Of a stretch of 64,000 bases of DNA, positions 32,679 through 43,913 are shown piece after piece. The translations under genes were made by a program, and so were the position numbers. The stretch is from assembly GCA_963807945.1 (NCBI GenBank), contig CAWEDT010000006.1:1-64000 (forward strand), in the 5' to 3' direction. Position 1 is the stretch's first letter; every line of letters starts with the position of its first letter. The notes below the pieces were generated by a model, which was not told the DNA's origin, did not search any database, and saw only the letters and a program-made list of their open reading frames with translations. Origin of the DNA: an uncultured Actinomycetes bacterium (GTDB lineage Bacteria; Actinomycetota; Acidimicrobiia; IMCC26256; PALSA-610).

Positions 32679-34606
32679 TCAGCGGGGTCGGGGGCGCGGG
32701 TCTGCTCCCAGAACTCGAGCAAGGAGCCGGGCCAGTTCTGGGTGACGCGACCGGCCGCGTTCTTGTACCAGCTGTTCACCGTCGACGCGCCCCAGGCCAT
32801 CTGCTCGTTGCCCTCTTCGATCGCGCGCGTTGTACGCGGCGTACGCGTCGACCTTGCAGTCGAGCGCGCGCTTGTGCTCGGTGAGCAGCAGATGCACGCA
32901 CTCGACGATGTAGCCGACCGCGCACTCCGAGAAGAAGATGATGCTGCCGTTCGCCACGAGATTCGTGTTGGGTCCGTAGAGGCAGAAGAAGTTCGGGAAG
33001 CCGGGCACGGTGATGCCGAGGTGGGCGCGCGCGTCGCCGTCCCAGTGCTCGTGCAGATCGCGACCGTCGCGACCCGGTGACGCGCATCGGGGTGAGAAAG
33101 CGTGAGGCCTGGAAGCCGGTCGCGTAGACGATCACGTCGACCGGGTGGTGAGTACCGTCCGCCATGGTGATGCCGTCGGCATCGATCGAGTCGATCGCGT
33201 CGGTCACGAGCTGCACGTCGTCGCGCTTGAGCGTGCGCGCCCAGATCCGTTGTCGAGCAGCATCCGCTTCGCCAACGGCGGATAGGTCGGGATCACGTGC
33301 GGGCGCAGCTCGGGTGCGTCGGCGAACTCCGACTCGAGGTACATGCGTGAGCAACGCCGCGTAGCTCGTCGTTGCGCGCGCTCACGGATCCGTTGTCACG
33401 CGGCCAATCGGGATCGACGCGCGCCGCCGGCAGCGCGCCTTCGGCCAGGCGCCAGAACAGCCAGAGCCGGTACCACGGGCCGTAAGCGCGGCACCGTCGC
33501 GAACAGCTGCTTCATCGGCGCAGTCATGTCGTCGTGAGTACTGCGGCGTCGGGATGAACCAGTTGGGCGTGCGTTGGAACACGGTGAGGTCGGCGGCTTC
33601 ATCGGCGACCCGGGGGATGAGTTGGAACCCGCTCGCACCGGTTCCGATCACCGCGACCCGCTTGCCCGCGAGATCGACCGAGTCGTCCCACTCCGCGGAG
33701 TGGAACGACGGACCCGCGAACGACTCACGGCCCGCGATCTTCGGGAGGTTCGGCCGGTTGAGCTGGCCGACCGCGCTCGACGAGTGCGTGGACCTCGACC
33801 GCAGCTTCGGTCCCGTCGGGATTGCGGACCGTCAGCTTCCAGTCGCCGCGTCGGCGTCGCTGATACTCCGCCGTGAGCACCTCGGTGCCGAAGCGGATGT
33901 GGTCGCGTGAGCCCGAAGTCGTCGGCGCAGTGCGCGGAAGTAGTCGAGCAGCACATCCTGCGGTGCTGAACTGCTGCGGCCAGTTGTCACGCTGCGCGAA
34001 CGAGTAGCTGTAGAGGTGGTTGGGCACGTCGACCCGGCAGCCGGGATAGTGGTTCTCGAGCCAGGTGCCGCCGACGTCGTCGTTCTTCTCGAAGATCTCC
34101 ACAGTGACGCCGGCCTGCTGCGAGCCGGTGCGCCGCCGAGAGCCCCGACATGCCCGCGCCGACGACCGCCACGCGGAACGGCCGGGCCGGATCGATCTGG
34201 TCCTTCTCCCAGTCAGGCGCGCGCAGGTCTTCGCCGGGCAGCGCGAGCTCCTCGACGAGCAAGGCGAAGTAGGAGTCGGAGAGTTGTTCGGCGAGCGCGA
34301 ACTCCATGATCGAGCGCAGCGCGGTCCGGTCGGAGGTGGGTCTCGCCGTGATCCGGCCGTCCCGCAGCCCGCGCAGCGTTTCGGCCGCGAGGTCGCGTGC
34401 GGCTCGGCGCTGCTCGCGCGACATGCCCCCGCCCGGGTCTCGCAGCTGATCGGGTGCCGGGCGCAGGTCGTCCCGGAGCAGCGAGAGCTCGCCGGTGGCG
34501 TGCGCGACCGCGGCGAGGAGCGCGGGTGGAGAAGCGATCCGCACCATTGCCTCGATCGCCGCGTCATCGCTGGCCGGCGAGTAGGTCTTCGAGTGCGAGA
34601 GCCACG
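32679..34606 (-). CDS. Type I Baeyer-Villiger (flavin) monooxygenase with HAPMO-like N-terminal extension; >=4 frameshifts; 5' end approximate
   Basis: N-terminal extension ...[36 protein letters not shown]... FAD motif [18 protein letters not shown]. ...[59 protein letters not shown]-terminal ...[36 protein letters not shown]. The gene is spread over 6 ORF-track fragments. Confidence 0.7.
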
Positions 34607-34652
34607 AGCCGGATTGTAAAGAGCGACTCCACGTCGGTGTCCGGACGGCACA

Positions 34653-36178
34653 ATGGGAGACGTGAGCCGCTTCTACGTCACGACGCCCATCTATTACGTG
34701 AACGACGTGCCCCATATCGGGCACGCGTATACGACGGTCGCGGGCGACGTGCTCACCCGATGGCATCGGCTGCTCGGCGACGAGGTCTTCTACCTCACCG
34801 GCACCGACGAGCACGGCCTCAAGATCCAGCGGGCGGCCGAGGCCCAGGGTCTCGAACCTGCCGAGCTGGTGAAGTCGATCGCCGGCGTCTTCCGCGACGA
34901 GTGGGACGCGCTCGACATCGCCTACGACGACTTCATCCGGACCACCGAGCCCCGTCACCACGTGGCGGTGAAGGACTTTCTCCAGCGCATCTACGACGCG
35001 GGCGACATCGAGCTCGGTCTCTACGAAGGTCTCTACTGCGTCTCGTGCGAGCTGTACTACAGCGAAGACGAGCTCGTGAACGGCAATTGTCCGATCCACG
35101 ACCGGCCGGTCGAGCACGTCACCGAGGAGAACTACTTCTTCAAGCTCTCCCGTTACGGCGACCGGCTGCTCGAGTACTACACCGAGCATCCCGAAGCGGT
35201 GCAGCCCGACTCGCGGCGCAACGAGGTACTCGGGCTCATTCGCGGCGGACTGCACGACTTCTCGATCAGCCGCACGTCGATCACCTGGGGCGTGCAACTC
35301 CCGTGGGACGAGAAGCACGTCGCGTACGTGTGGGCCGACGCGCTGTTCAACTACTGCACCGCCGTCGGCTACGGCACCGATCCCGAGCGCTTCGAGAAGT
35401 GGTGGCCGGTCGACTACCACCTGATCGGCAAAGACATCCTGCGCCAGCACGCGGTGTATTGGCCCGCGATGTTGATGTCGGCCGGATTGGCTCCGCCGAA
35501 GTGCGTGTTCGCCCACGGCTGGTTGCTCGTGAGCGGCGAGAAGATGTCGAAGACGAAGACCAACCAGATCGCGCCCGCTGATCTCGTTGCCGACTTCGGT
35601 GTCGACGGATTCCGCTACCACTTCATCGCCGACCAACGCTTCGGACCCGACGGTGACTTCTCGTACGAAGGCATGGTGCAGCGTACAACACCGATCTCGC
35701 CAACAACTTCGGCAACCTCGCGAACCGCGTGTTGAACATGGCCGTGAACTACTGCGGTGGTGTCGTGCCCGAAACGCGCGAGAACGGTCCGCTCGCCGAT
35801 GTCGCGGCCACGACGTACGCGGCCATGACCGACGCGCTCGACCAGCTCGATTTCGCGACCGGATTCGGCGCGGTATGGGATCTCATCCGCGCGACCAACT
35901 CGTTCATCGAGGACCGCGCGCCGTGGGCGCTGAACAAAGCCGGCGACACCGAGGCGGTCGCGGGCGTGATCGGCGACTGTCTCGAGTCGTTGCGCATCGT
36001 CGCGTTGCTCGCGTCGCCGGTGATCCCGAACGCGGCGGCCGAGTTGTGGCGCCGCCTCGGACTGCCCGGTCGGCCCGAGGATCAGCGCGTTCCCGCCGCG
36101 GCGGCCTGGGGTCAGTTGCCCGCGGGCGCGAAGGTGGAGAAAGGTGAACCGCTGTTCCCGCGCAAGGACGTCGAGTGA
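34653..36178 (+). CDS. metG: Methionine--tRNA ligase; 1 frameshift about 35690
   Basis: ...TTPIYYVNDVPHIGHAYTTVAGDVL (HIGH) ... KMSKT at 35540-35555 ... the frameshift interrupts NTDLANNFGNLANRVLNM. C-terminus ...APWALNK. Confidence 0.9.
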
Positions 36179-36190
36179 GAGAGCGAGAAC

Positions 36191-37004
36191 GTGACAGCGG
36201 ATGCCCTTTTGACGACAGATCTGGCCTGGGTTGACGCGCATTGCCATCTGCAACTCGAGATCGGCGAGGCGCGGTTCTCGCCCGACGACGCCGACGCCCA
36301 GGTAACCCGGGCGCGCGCCGCCGGCGTCGAGTGGATGGTGTGTGTCGGCACCGGTCTCGAGACGTCGACGCAGGCCGTGGACCTCGCGTCGCGCTACGAC
36401 GACGTGTACGCGACGGTCGGGTTGCACCCCCACGACGCCAAGGATCTCGAGTCGGAGTGGAGCGGGTTGGCCGCGCTCGCCGAGAGCCGAGCGCTGCGTT
36501 GCGATCGGCGAGGCCGGCTTCGATCTCCATTACGAGCACTCACCGCACGAGGAGCAGGAGACCGCGTTCCGGCGTCAGATCCAACTCGCCAAAGCCGTCG
36601 ATCGTCCGCTGATGATCCACTCGCGCAACGCGTGGGACGACACGTTCCGCGTCCTCGACAGCGAAGGCGTTCCCGCGCGCACGATCTTCCATTGCTTCAC
36701 CGGCGGTCCCGATGAAGCGCGCGCGGCGCTCGATCGCGACTGCTACCTGTCGTTCAGCGGGATCGTCTCGTTCAAGTCGGCCGAAGACGTGCGCGCCGCG
36801 GCCGCGATCGCGCGCGCCGATCGGGTCTTGGTCGAGACCGACAGCCCGTACCTCGCGCCGGTCCCGCACCGAGGCCGGCCCAACGAGCCCGCGTACGTGG
36901 CGATCGTGGGCGCCGCGCTCGCAGCCGCACGCGGCGCCGACGTCCGTGAGATCGCCGACCTGACGCGCGCGAACGCGGCGCGCGTGTTCGGCGTGGAGCG
37001 GTGA
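36191..37004 (+). CDS. tatD: TatD-family metal-dependent hydrolase/DNase; 1 frameshift about 36490
   Basis: ...WVDAHCHLQ... ...[29 protein letters not shown]...[11 protein letters not shown]...FHCFTGG...ETDSPYL. Confidence 0.85.
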
Positions 37005-37840
37005 CCCCGACCCAGATCCAGGCGCTGCTCAAGGAGCACGGCCTGCGCCCGAGCAAGGCGCTGGGTCAGAACTTTCTCGCCGACACCAACATGGCCGCGC
37101 ACATCGTGCGCCTCGCGGGCGTGCAGCCCGGGGACCGGGTGATCGAGGTCGGTCCCGGTCTCGGCTCGCTCACGCTCGCGCTGTGCGACAGCCGGCGCGA
37201 CCGTCCGCGCGGTGGAGCTCGACCACCGCATGGCCGACGTGCTCGCGACCGTCGTCGCGGGCAAGCCGGTGGAGATCGTGCAGGCCGACGCGCTCACCGT
37301 TGACTGGGCCCGAGCTGCTCGCCGACGGCGAACGCTGGATCATGGTCTCGAACCTTCCGTACAACGTGGCGACGCCGGTCATCATGCGCGCGCTCGAAGA
37401 GGCGCCGATGATCAGCCGGTTCCTCGTGATGGTGCAGCGCGAGGTCGGCGAACGACTCGCCGCGATTCCGGGCACGAAGGCCTACGGCGCGGTGTCGGTG
37501 AAAGTCGCGTACTACGCGCGCGCCGAGCTCGTCGGCGCGGTGCCTGCGAGCGTGTTCATCCCGAAGCCGAAAGTCGTCAGCGCGCTGGTGCGCCTGGAGC
37601 GCCGAACCGAACCCGCCATCGCGGTCGCGGATCCGGAGCGCATGTTCGAGCTCGTGCGCGTGGGATTCTCGACCCGGCGCAAGATGCTGCGCCGCGTGTT
37701 GAGCGCCGAGCTGGGTCCGGATGCGGAAGCGACGCTGCGCCGCGCCGGAATCGATCCCGCCGCGCGCGCCGAGACGCTCGAACTACCGGAGTGGTCGGCG
37801 TTGGCGCAGATCGTCGCGACCGGCGCGCCGCCGGAATGTC
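37001..37840 (+). CDS. rsmA: 16S rRNA (adenine1518/1519-N6)-dimethyltransferase RsmA/KsgA; 1 frameshift about 37200; no stop before ispE as given
   Basis: GTG overlaps the tatD stop. [41 protein letters not shown]...[12 protein letters not shown] ... [20 protein letters not shown]. The 3' boundary is estimated. Confidence 0.8.
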
Positions 37841-38664
37841 GGCTCCACGCGCACGCGAAGCTCACGCTCTCGTTGGAGGTCACCGGAACTCGTCCCGACG
37901 GCTACCACGAGCTCGACGCGCTCGTCGTCGCGGTGAGCGAACCCCATGACGAACTGGTGCTCCGGCCCACGCTCGCGCCCTCGTTGTTGGTGACCGGGCT
38001 GCAAGGCGCGGGCGTTCCCGGCGGCGACGACAACCTCGCGCTGCGCGCCGCGCTCGGGCTCGGGGCGAAGATCGACATCGAGCTGCACAAGGGGATCGCG
38101 ATGGGAGCGGGACTCGGCGGCGGGTCGGCTGACGCGGCGGCGGTGCTCATCGGTGCACCGAAGTTGGCCGGGATCGAAGTGGATGCCGCCGATGTCGATC
38201 GCTTCGCGGCCGCGCTGGGAGCCGACGTCCCGTTCTGTCTCAGCGGCGGGGGAGCGATGCGGATGCGCGGGATCGGCGACGAGTTGGAGCCCACGCCGAT
38301 TCCTTCGTTCGCAGTGGTGATCGCGACGCCACTCTTCGGCTGCGAGACCGCGGCCGTCTACCGCGCGTGGGACACGCTCGGCGGTCCGGTCGGCGAAACC
38401 GTCGAGATCGACGGTCTCCCACCGCTGCGCAACGATCTCGAGCGGGCCGCGCACGCCGTGGAACCGCGGCTCGCCGCGTTCAAGGTGTTGATCGAGCACG
38501 CGGCCGGTGCGCCCGCACTCCTGGCGGGCAGCGGATCGTCGTACGCACTGCTCTTCGCCACCGTGGAGGAGGCCGAGGAAGCGCGGGCGCGGATCAGCGA
38601 GGTCGTAGAAGGTCAGATAGTCGTCGGGCACACGATCGACGCTTGCGTGCGGATCGTCCCGTGA
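37830..38664 (+). CDS. ispE: 4-diphosphocytidyl-2-C-methyl-D-erythritol kinase; 5' boundary estimated
   Basis: ...LHAHAKLTLSLEVTGTRPDGYHELDALVVAV ... GIAMGAGLGGGSADAAAVL is the GHMP kinase motif. Confidence 0.8.
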
Positions 38665-38676
38665 CCGGGATTGGGA

Positions 38677-38778
38677 CTACTTGCCCTGCTGGCGACGCGC
38701 CCAGCGCGTCTTCTTCAGAAGCTTCTTGTGCTTCTTCTTGCGCATGCGCTTGCGGCGCTTCTTGATCAGGGATCCCAT
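38677..38778 (-). CDS. Ribosomal protein bS22 (actinobacterial small basic r-protein)
   Basis: MGSLIKKRRKRMRKKKHKKLLKKTRWARRQQGK then stop. This matches the bS22 consensus MGSVIKKRRKRM-KKKH-KLL. Confidence 0.7.
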   Translation of the reverse strand: MGSLIKKRRKRMRKKKHKKLLKKTRWARRQQGK

Positions 38779-38830
38779 GGCGGAGGGGCACGCTATCAGG
38801 AAGGCCGCGGGCGGTCTCAGTCGGGCGGTC

Positions 38831-39181
38831 TCAGTCGGAGGTCGTCTGGAGCTCGGGCCGGCAGCGCAGTTTTCGACCCCGCTCGACGATGAGATGCATG
38901 GTGGCGCCTCGGCTGCCCGCGAGGTCGAACGACGGATCGCTGTCGGCGTCGAGTCGCAACCGGTCGAGTTGGTCACGTAACGCGTTGCAATCGCTGTGCT
39001 TGATCGCGTCTCCGCGTGCCGCCGGAACTCGGCGGGCGAGATCGATCCGGATGCCGACGAAGACGAACGGGCCTGCGAGCAGTACTCCGGCGAGCATCAA
39101 CATTCCCAGCAGGTCGAGTGCAGCTCGACGGGGATTGTCGGCCCGGTCGACGGTGTCCGGGCGACGACCGGTGCGCGTCAC
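38831..39181 (-). CDS. Hypothetical single-TM membrane protein (start uncertain)
   Basis: ...ALDLLGMLMLAGVLLAGPFVFVGI (TM), then a polar C-terminus. Lies in the lower-GC segment. Confidence 0.3.
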   Translation of the reverse strand: MTRTGRRPDTVDRADNPRRAALDLLGMLMLAGVLLAGPFVFVGIRIDLARRVPAARGDAIKHSDCNALRDQLDRLRLDADSDPSFDLAGSRGATMHLIVERGRKLRCRPELQTTSD

Positions 39182-39272
39182 ATCCGCCCGCTTAGGCGCT
39201 TCGCCGGACTGCCACTCCTGAGGGCGAACCGTACGAATCCGACCACGCAGGCTGTCGGCTGCAGTAACGCAC

Positions 39273-39437
39273 TCAGTTTGAGGCGGCCGGACGATGGAAG
39301 GTGAGTTCGGTACCGCGTGGGTCATCTTGCGATGACTTGAGTTCCCAACCCTCAGCCGCCAATGCGTCGAGTACGGCCTTGTCCGCCACTTCACCGGGAG
39401 CCAACTTCACGACCTTGATGGATTCTGAATCCGACAC
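39273..39437 (-). CDS. Hypothetical 54-aa protein
   Basis: VSDSESIKVVKLAPGEVADKAVLDALAAEGWELKSSQDDPRGTELTFHRPAASN then stop. Protein-like, but codon bias is weak. Confidence 0.25.
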   Translation of the reverse strand: MSDSESIKVVKLAPGEVADKAVLDALAAEGWELKSSQDDPRGTELTFHRPAASN

Positions 39438-39569
39438 GAGTGATGACACTACGCCGAGAACTCCTCAGCGTCGTCGTGGAACTCCACCGCCACGCGGTAC
39501 GCCGTTGGGGTCGGCGGCGGATACCGGACTGTACGACGGCACCGAAGTAGCAAGCGTACGGTTGAGTCC

Positions 39570-40304
39570 GTGAACGAGATTCCGGGTCCAGGCTGGTATC
39601 TCGACCCGGCCGGTAGCGGGCAACCGCGATGGTGGGACGGTGCGAGGTGGGCCGTGACGCCCGACGCCAAGCGCCGCAATCCAGCGCTTCTGGTTGGCAT
39701 CGTGGCCGTCGTAGTCGTAATCGGCGGGACGGTCGGTTTACTCATCGCGAGACAGACAACGAGCCACAAAGAGCAAACCTCCTCGGAGGCCGCACACGCG
39801 GCGCTTGTGCCACTGTCTCAGTTTCCTCCGGGGACAACGGAAGCCCCGGAAAGCAACGCCGTGACTGACAACAACACCGTGTCTTGTCCGGGTGGGTTAA
39901 CCCCGCAGGTGCCAGTTGACACGAAGGAAACGGTTCGGCCCCCGTCTGGCCCAATACTTTTCGAGGAGCTCCAGATTGACACGAGCGCGGGTGGTGCGGC
40001 ACTGGTCGCCGATATCCGCTCGCAACTCGAATGCGGCGCGGTGCAGGACACGACAAACAACATCGCCTGGACCGTGTCAACGCTGGGCGTTCCGTCCCTC
40101 GCCAGCAACGAGGCTGCCTACCAACTCAACGGCACGGTAGACGGCATCCAAACCATCACCGCCGACATAATCGCCGTACCGGTCAACCGCTACACCGCGC
40201 TCACGGTCGGGACCAGCTCGGCTAGTGGGTCGCCGGACATCAACGCAACGCTCCAATGGGCTCGACAGGCGCTCAAACGAGCGCATGCCCAACTCGACGG
40301 ATAG
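39570..40304 (+). CDS. DUF2510-domain membrane protein
   Basis: MNEIPGPGWYLDPAGSGQPRWWDGARWAVTPD (DUF2510), TM LLVGIVAVVVVIGGTVGLLIA, then an extracellular Ser/Thr-rich domain. Confidence 0.65.
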   Translation: MNEIPGPGWYLDPAGSGQPRWWDGARWAVTPDAKRRNPALLVGIVAVVVVIGGTVGLLIARQTTSHKEQTSSEAAHAALVPLSQFPPGTTEAPESNAVTDNNTVSCPGGLTPQVPVDTKETVRPPSGPILFEELQIDTSAGGAALVADIRSQLECGAVQDTTNNIAWTVSTLGVPSLASNEAAYQLNGTVDGIQTITADIIAVPVNRYTALTVGTSSASGSPDINATLQWARQALKRAHAQLDG

Positions 40305-40511
40305 TCCCCATCGAGACGACTGCGAAGAGTGCTCGCAGTCAGCGCAGGTGAACGTGACGCTGATGCCTGCAACCGTCGCTGTGACGGGTCCTTTGTGCGT
40401 CAGTCTCTTCACGCACACGGGCTCTCTGTCTGGCATCGTGGTCGGCTCCTTTCATTGTCGAGACAGCCGGGTTGTCTTGCGGTTCTGAGTGGCGCAGTCA
40501 GCGGTAACGTT

Positions 40512-40958
40512 TTGGGCGTGTCGCCAGACGAGCCCGAGTACCGAGAAGTGTTTGACCACGACGTGTTTGTGTTCTCCGAGGCGGAGCACATCGCTGTTGG
40601 TTTCGGACCCGACCGCCCGTGGTGGGAGAAGTGGCAAGAAGTCCTTGACCTCAAGGGCGACTTGGACCGTGCCTACGTGGGAGAGCTACGTGGACTGAGT
40701 GACGTTGGATACAGGCGTTTGGTCACGAGCTTCTGCGACGCCTGTTTTGAAATGCGGGACTGGCTCAAGTCGGACCCGAACGTCACGGTCTCGTTGGGAG
40801 TCATCGTCGACTACGTCAAGGAGTCACCCGCTTTGCAAGCGTGTGGGGACGTGTCAAACACTGACAAGCATCGGAAGCGAAGCGGAGACGGCGCTGCGCT
40901 GCGAGTCCAGGCCCGCCGCAGACGCTTGCGAAATTTCTGCATCCCAGGTAAGAGGTGA
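40512..40958 (+). CDS. Hypothetical protein (lower-GC segment)
   Basis: VLGVSPDEPEYREVFDHDVFVFSEAEHIAVGFGPDRPWWEKWQEVLDLKGDLDRAYVGELRGLSDVGYRRLVTSFCDACFEMRDWLKSDPNVTVSLGVIVDYVKESPALQACGDVSNTDKHRK... No family recognised. The 3' end may be frameshifted. Confidence 0.35.
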   Translation: MGVSPDEPEYREVFDHDVFVFSEAEHIAVGFGPDRPWWEKWQEVLDLKGDLDRAYVGELRGLSDVGYRRLVTSFCDACFEMRDWLKSDPNVTVSLGVIVDYVKESPALQACGDVSNTDKHRKRSGDGAALRVQARRRRLRNFCIPGKR

Positions 40959-41206
40959 GCTAGCCGGGGGAGTTCGTCAACGGACAGATTTTCGAGTATC
41001 GCATCGGCTGGACACCCGTCCGTGAGTCGTGTTGCCAGAACACCCAACTCATCCGTTCCCGCGCCACGGAGCGCGGAACGAAGCCTTGGACGGGGCTACG
41101 CAGGGTCCATGGCGCGGGAGCACGTCCAGTGCGCCGAAGCACCCTCGTGGTGTGCCAAGCAATGAATTCTTCCATGACGGTCCTCCTACTACCTTGGACA
41201 CCACCT

Positions 41207-41280
41207 TCGGGGGTGGTGTAACGGCAGCACAAGGGCCTTTGAAGCCCTGAGAGAAGGTTCGAAACCTTCCCCCCGAGCCA
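41207..41280 (+). tRNA. tRNA-Gln (anticodon UUG)
   Basis: Cloverleaf: acceptor tcggggg/cccccga, D-arm gtgt/gcac with a GG loop, anticodon stem agggc/gccct with loop cTTTGaa, T-arm gaagg-ttcgaaa-ccttc, discriminator G, and an encoded CCA. Confidence 0.85.
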
Positions 41281-41345
41281 CCCACCACCGGACCGTCCTT
41301 CCGAGAGTCGCAGCCGATGGAGCCGAATGTGCCGATAGGTAGCTC

Positions 41346-42803
41346 ATGAGCCCGTACCGTCCGCTCGCCGCTGTCGTACTCGCCGCCGGCGAAGGTCAAC
41401 GCCTTCGCTCCGGCACCCCGAAGGTGCTGCACGAGTTGTGCGGTCGTCCGATGGTGCTCCACGTGGTCGACGCGCTGGCCGAGCTGCGCGTGCTCGAACG
41501 GGTCGTGATCGTGGTCGGCCACGGCGGCGACCGGGTCAAGGAGACGCTCCAGGAGCAGCTCGTGACCGAGGTCCCGGTGGAGTTCGTGGAGCAGCGCGTG
41601 CAGCGCGGCACCGCCGATGCGGTGATGGTCGCGCTCTCGTCGAGCGCGTTCGACGATCTCGACGCCGAAGACGACATCCTCGTGCTGCCCGGCGACCAGC
41701 CGCTCCTGCGCGCCGAGACGATCGCATTGCTCGCGACCGAGCACCGCAACCAAGACGCGGCCGCGACGATCCTCACCGCGCACCTCGCGGATCCGACCGG
41801 TCTCGGGCGGATCATTCGCGACAAGGACGATCGGGTGGCCCGCATCGTCGAGCATGCCGATGCCGACATCGAGGAGCTCGAGGTCGACGAGATCAACACG
41901 TCGATCTACTGCTTCCGCCGCAATCTCCTGGCCCCGGCGCTGCGGCGCCTGAGTCCGGAGAACGCCCAGGGCGAGTACTACCTCACTGACGTCATCGAGG
42001 TGTTGCGGACCGCCGGCCACAAAGTGGTCGCCGTCACCGTGGACGATCCGGCCGAGGCACTCGGCGTGAACGACCGGCTGCAGCTCGCGAGTGCCGAGGC
42101 CGTGTTGCGGGGTCGCATCAACCGGCGCTGGATGCTGGAGGGCGTGACGATGGTCGATCCGTCCCGCACCTACATCGACGCCGGCGTGGCGATCGAGTCC
42201 GATGTGCGGTTGCTGCCCGGCACGATCCTCGAAGGGCGCACCACGATCTCGGCCGGCGCAGTGGTCGGACCCGACTGTCATCTTGTCGACACGGTCGTCG
42301 GCGAACGGTCGGTGGTCGAGAACACGGTGAGCCGAAGCGTCGAGATCGGCGACGACTGCCAGGTCGGGCCGTTCGCGTACCTGCGGCCGGGCACCCGCCT
42401 CGCCGCGGGCGCCAAGGTCGGAACGTTCGTCGAGGTGAAGAATTCCGACGTCGGTGAAGGCGCCAAGGTGCCGCACCTCTCCTACATCGGTGACGCCGAC
42501 GTGGGATCCGGGGTGAACCTCGGGGCGAGCACGATCACCGCGAACTACGACGGGGTGAACAAACACCGCACCACGATCGGCGAGGGCGTGCACACGAGCA
42601 TCCACACGTCGCTCGTCGCGCCGGTGGAGCTCGGCGACGGATCCGAGACCGGCGCGGGATCGGTTGTCACGCACGATGTGCCGCCCGGTCGCCTCGTCAA
42701 AGGCGTGCCGGCCCGAGATTCCAGAGCCGCCGGTCCGAAGACGCGCGAGGATGGGGCCAGCGACGCCGATCCCGCCGATCGTCCCGAACCAAACGGAGAC
42801 TGA
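41346..42803 (+). CDS. glmU: Bifunctional UDP-GlcNAc pyrophosphorylase/GlcN-1-P acetyltransferase
   Basis: MSPYRPLAAVVLAAGEGQRLRSGTPKVLH... with C-terminal left-handed beta-helix hexapeptide repeats. Intact at 485 aa. Confidence 0.9.
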   Translation: MSPYRPLAAVVLAAGEGQRLRSGTPKVLHELCGRPMVLHVVDALAELRVLERVVIVVGHGGDRVKETLQEQLVTEVPVEFVEQRVQRGTADAVMVALSSSAFDDLDAEDDILVLPGDQPLLRAETIALLATEHRNQDAAATILTAHLADPTGLGRIIRDKDDRVARIVEHADADIEELEVDEINTSIYCFRRNLLAPALRRLSPENAQGEYYLTDVIEVLRTAGHKVVAVTVDDPAEALGVNDRLQLASAEAVLRGRINRRWMLEGVTMVDPSRTYIDAGVAIESDVRLLPGTILEGRTTISAGAVVGPDCHLVDTVVGERSVVENTVSRSVEIGDDCQVGPFAYLRPGTRLAAGAKVGTFVEVKNSDVGEGAKVPHLSYIGDADVGSGVNLGASTITANYDGVNKHRTTIGEGVHTSIHTSLVAPVELGDGSETGAGSVVTHDVPPGRLVKGVPARDSRAAGPKTREDGASDADPADRPEPNGD

Positions 42804-43774
42804 TGGAGCTCGTCACCAAGAAGAATCTCATCCTGGTGGCCGGACGCGGTCACCCCGAGCTCTCCTCCGAGGTGGCGCAACACCTGCACATCCCGCTCGG
42901 TGATGTCGCGCTCTCGACGTTCGCGAACGGCGAGATCTACTGCCGGTACGGCGAGAACATTCGCGGCGCCGACGTATTCGTGTTCCAGTCGCACGCCGAC
43001 TCGATCAACGACCGGCTGATGGAACAGATGATCATGATCGACGCGGCGAAGCGCGCGTCGGCGAAGCGCATCACCGCGGTGTCGCCCTTCTACGGATACT
43101 CGCGTCAAGACCGCAAGGCCGAAGGTCGCGAACCGATCACCGCCCGACTCGTTGCCGACATGTTCACCGCGGCCGGCGCCGACCGCGTCGTGACCGTCGA
43201 TCTGCACACCGGCCAGATCCAAGGTTTCTTCGACTTCCCGGTCGATCACCTCACCGCGGTTCCGGTGCTCGTCGACTATCTGGCGCGCGAGTTGCCGGCC
43301 GGTCCGATCACCGTTGTCGCTCCTGACGCGGGTGGCGGCAAGCTCGCTCGTCGATTCGCCGACCGGCTCAACGCGGAGATCGCGTTCATCGACAAGCGCC
43401 GACCGAAGGGCACGCACAACGTCGCGGTCGCGACCGAGGTCGTCGGTGAGATCGAGGGTCGCACGTGCGTGATCGTCGACGACATCATCGACACCGCGAG
43501 CACGGTGGTCAGTGCGGCCGATCTGCTGCTCGACCGGGGTGCGAGTGAGGTACTGATCGCCGCTACGCACGGCCTGCTCTCGGGTCCCGCCGTCGACCGG
43601 TTGAAGAACTCCCGCGTGCGCGAGGTCGTGGTCACCAACACCGTGCCCGTGGCCGACGACAAGCGGTTCGACAGCCTCGTCGTGCTCTCGATCGCCCCGC
43701 TCCTCGCCAACGCGATCCGCGCCGTGTTCGAAGACCACTCGGTCAGCGAGCTCTTCGGCGGCGACAACGTCTAA
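42803..43774 (+). CDS. prs: Ribose-phosphate pyrophosphokinase
   Basis: ...LVAGRGHPELSSEVAQHL...VFVFQSHADSINDRLMEQMIMIDAAKRASA ... VIVDDIIDTASTV. Confidence 0.9.
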   Translation: MELVTKKNLILVAGRGHPELSSEVAQHLHIPLGDVALSTFANGEIYCRYGENIRGADVFVFQSHADSINDRLMEQMIMIDAAKRASAKRITAVSPFYGYSRQDRKAEGREPITARLVADMFTAAGADRVVTVDLHTGQIQGFFDFPVDHLTAVPVLVDYLARELPAGPITVVAPDAGGGKLARRFADRLNAEIAFIDKRRPKGTHNVAVATEVVGEIEGRTCVIVDDIIDTASTVVSAADLLLDRGASEVLIAATHGLLSGPAVDRLKNSRVREVVVTNTVPVADDKRFDSLVVLSIAPLLANAIRAVFEDHSVSELFGGDNV

Positions 43775-43913
43775 CCCACGGCCGCCAGACCCGCCCAATT
43801 CTCCATCAGAAGGAGGATCGCGGCGCGTGGTGCCGCGTTTAGCCATCAGAACGGCTCGGGGGCGAGCCTGTACCATCTGACGTTCCGCCGATTGCACGAG
43901 GACGTTTCGCGCC

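Noticed and set aside
40960-41232. 90-aa minus-strand ORF overlapping the tRNA-Gln gene
   Set aside because: It overlaps a well-formed tRNA and the low-GC intergenic spacer, and has no protein-like features. The tRNA interpretation is much stronger.
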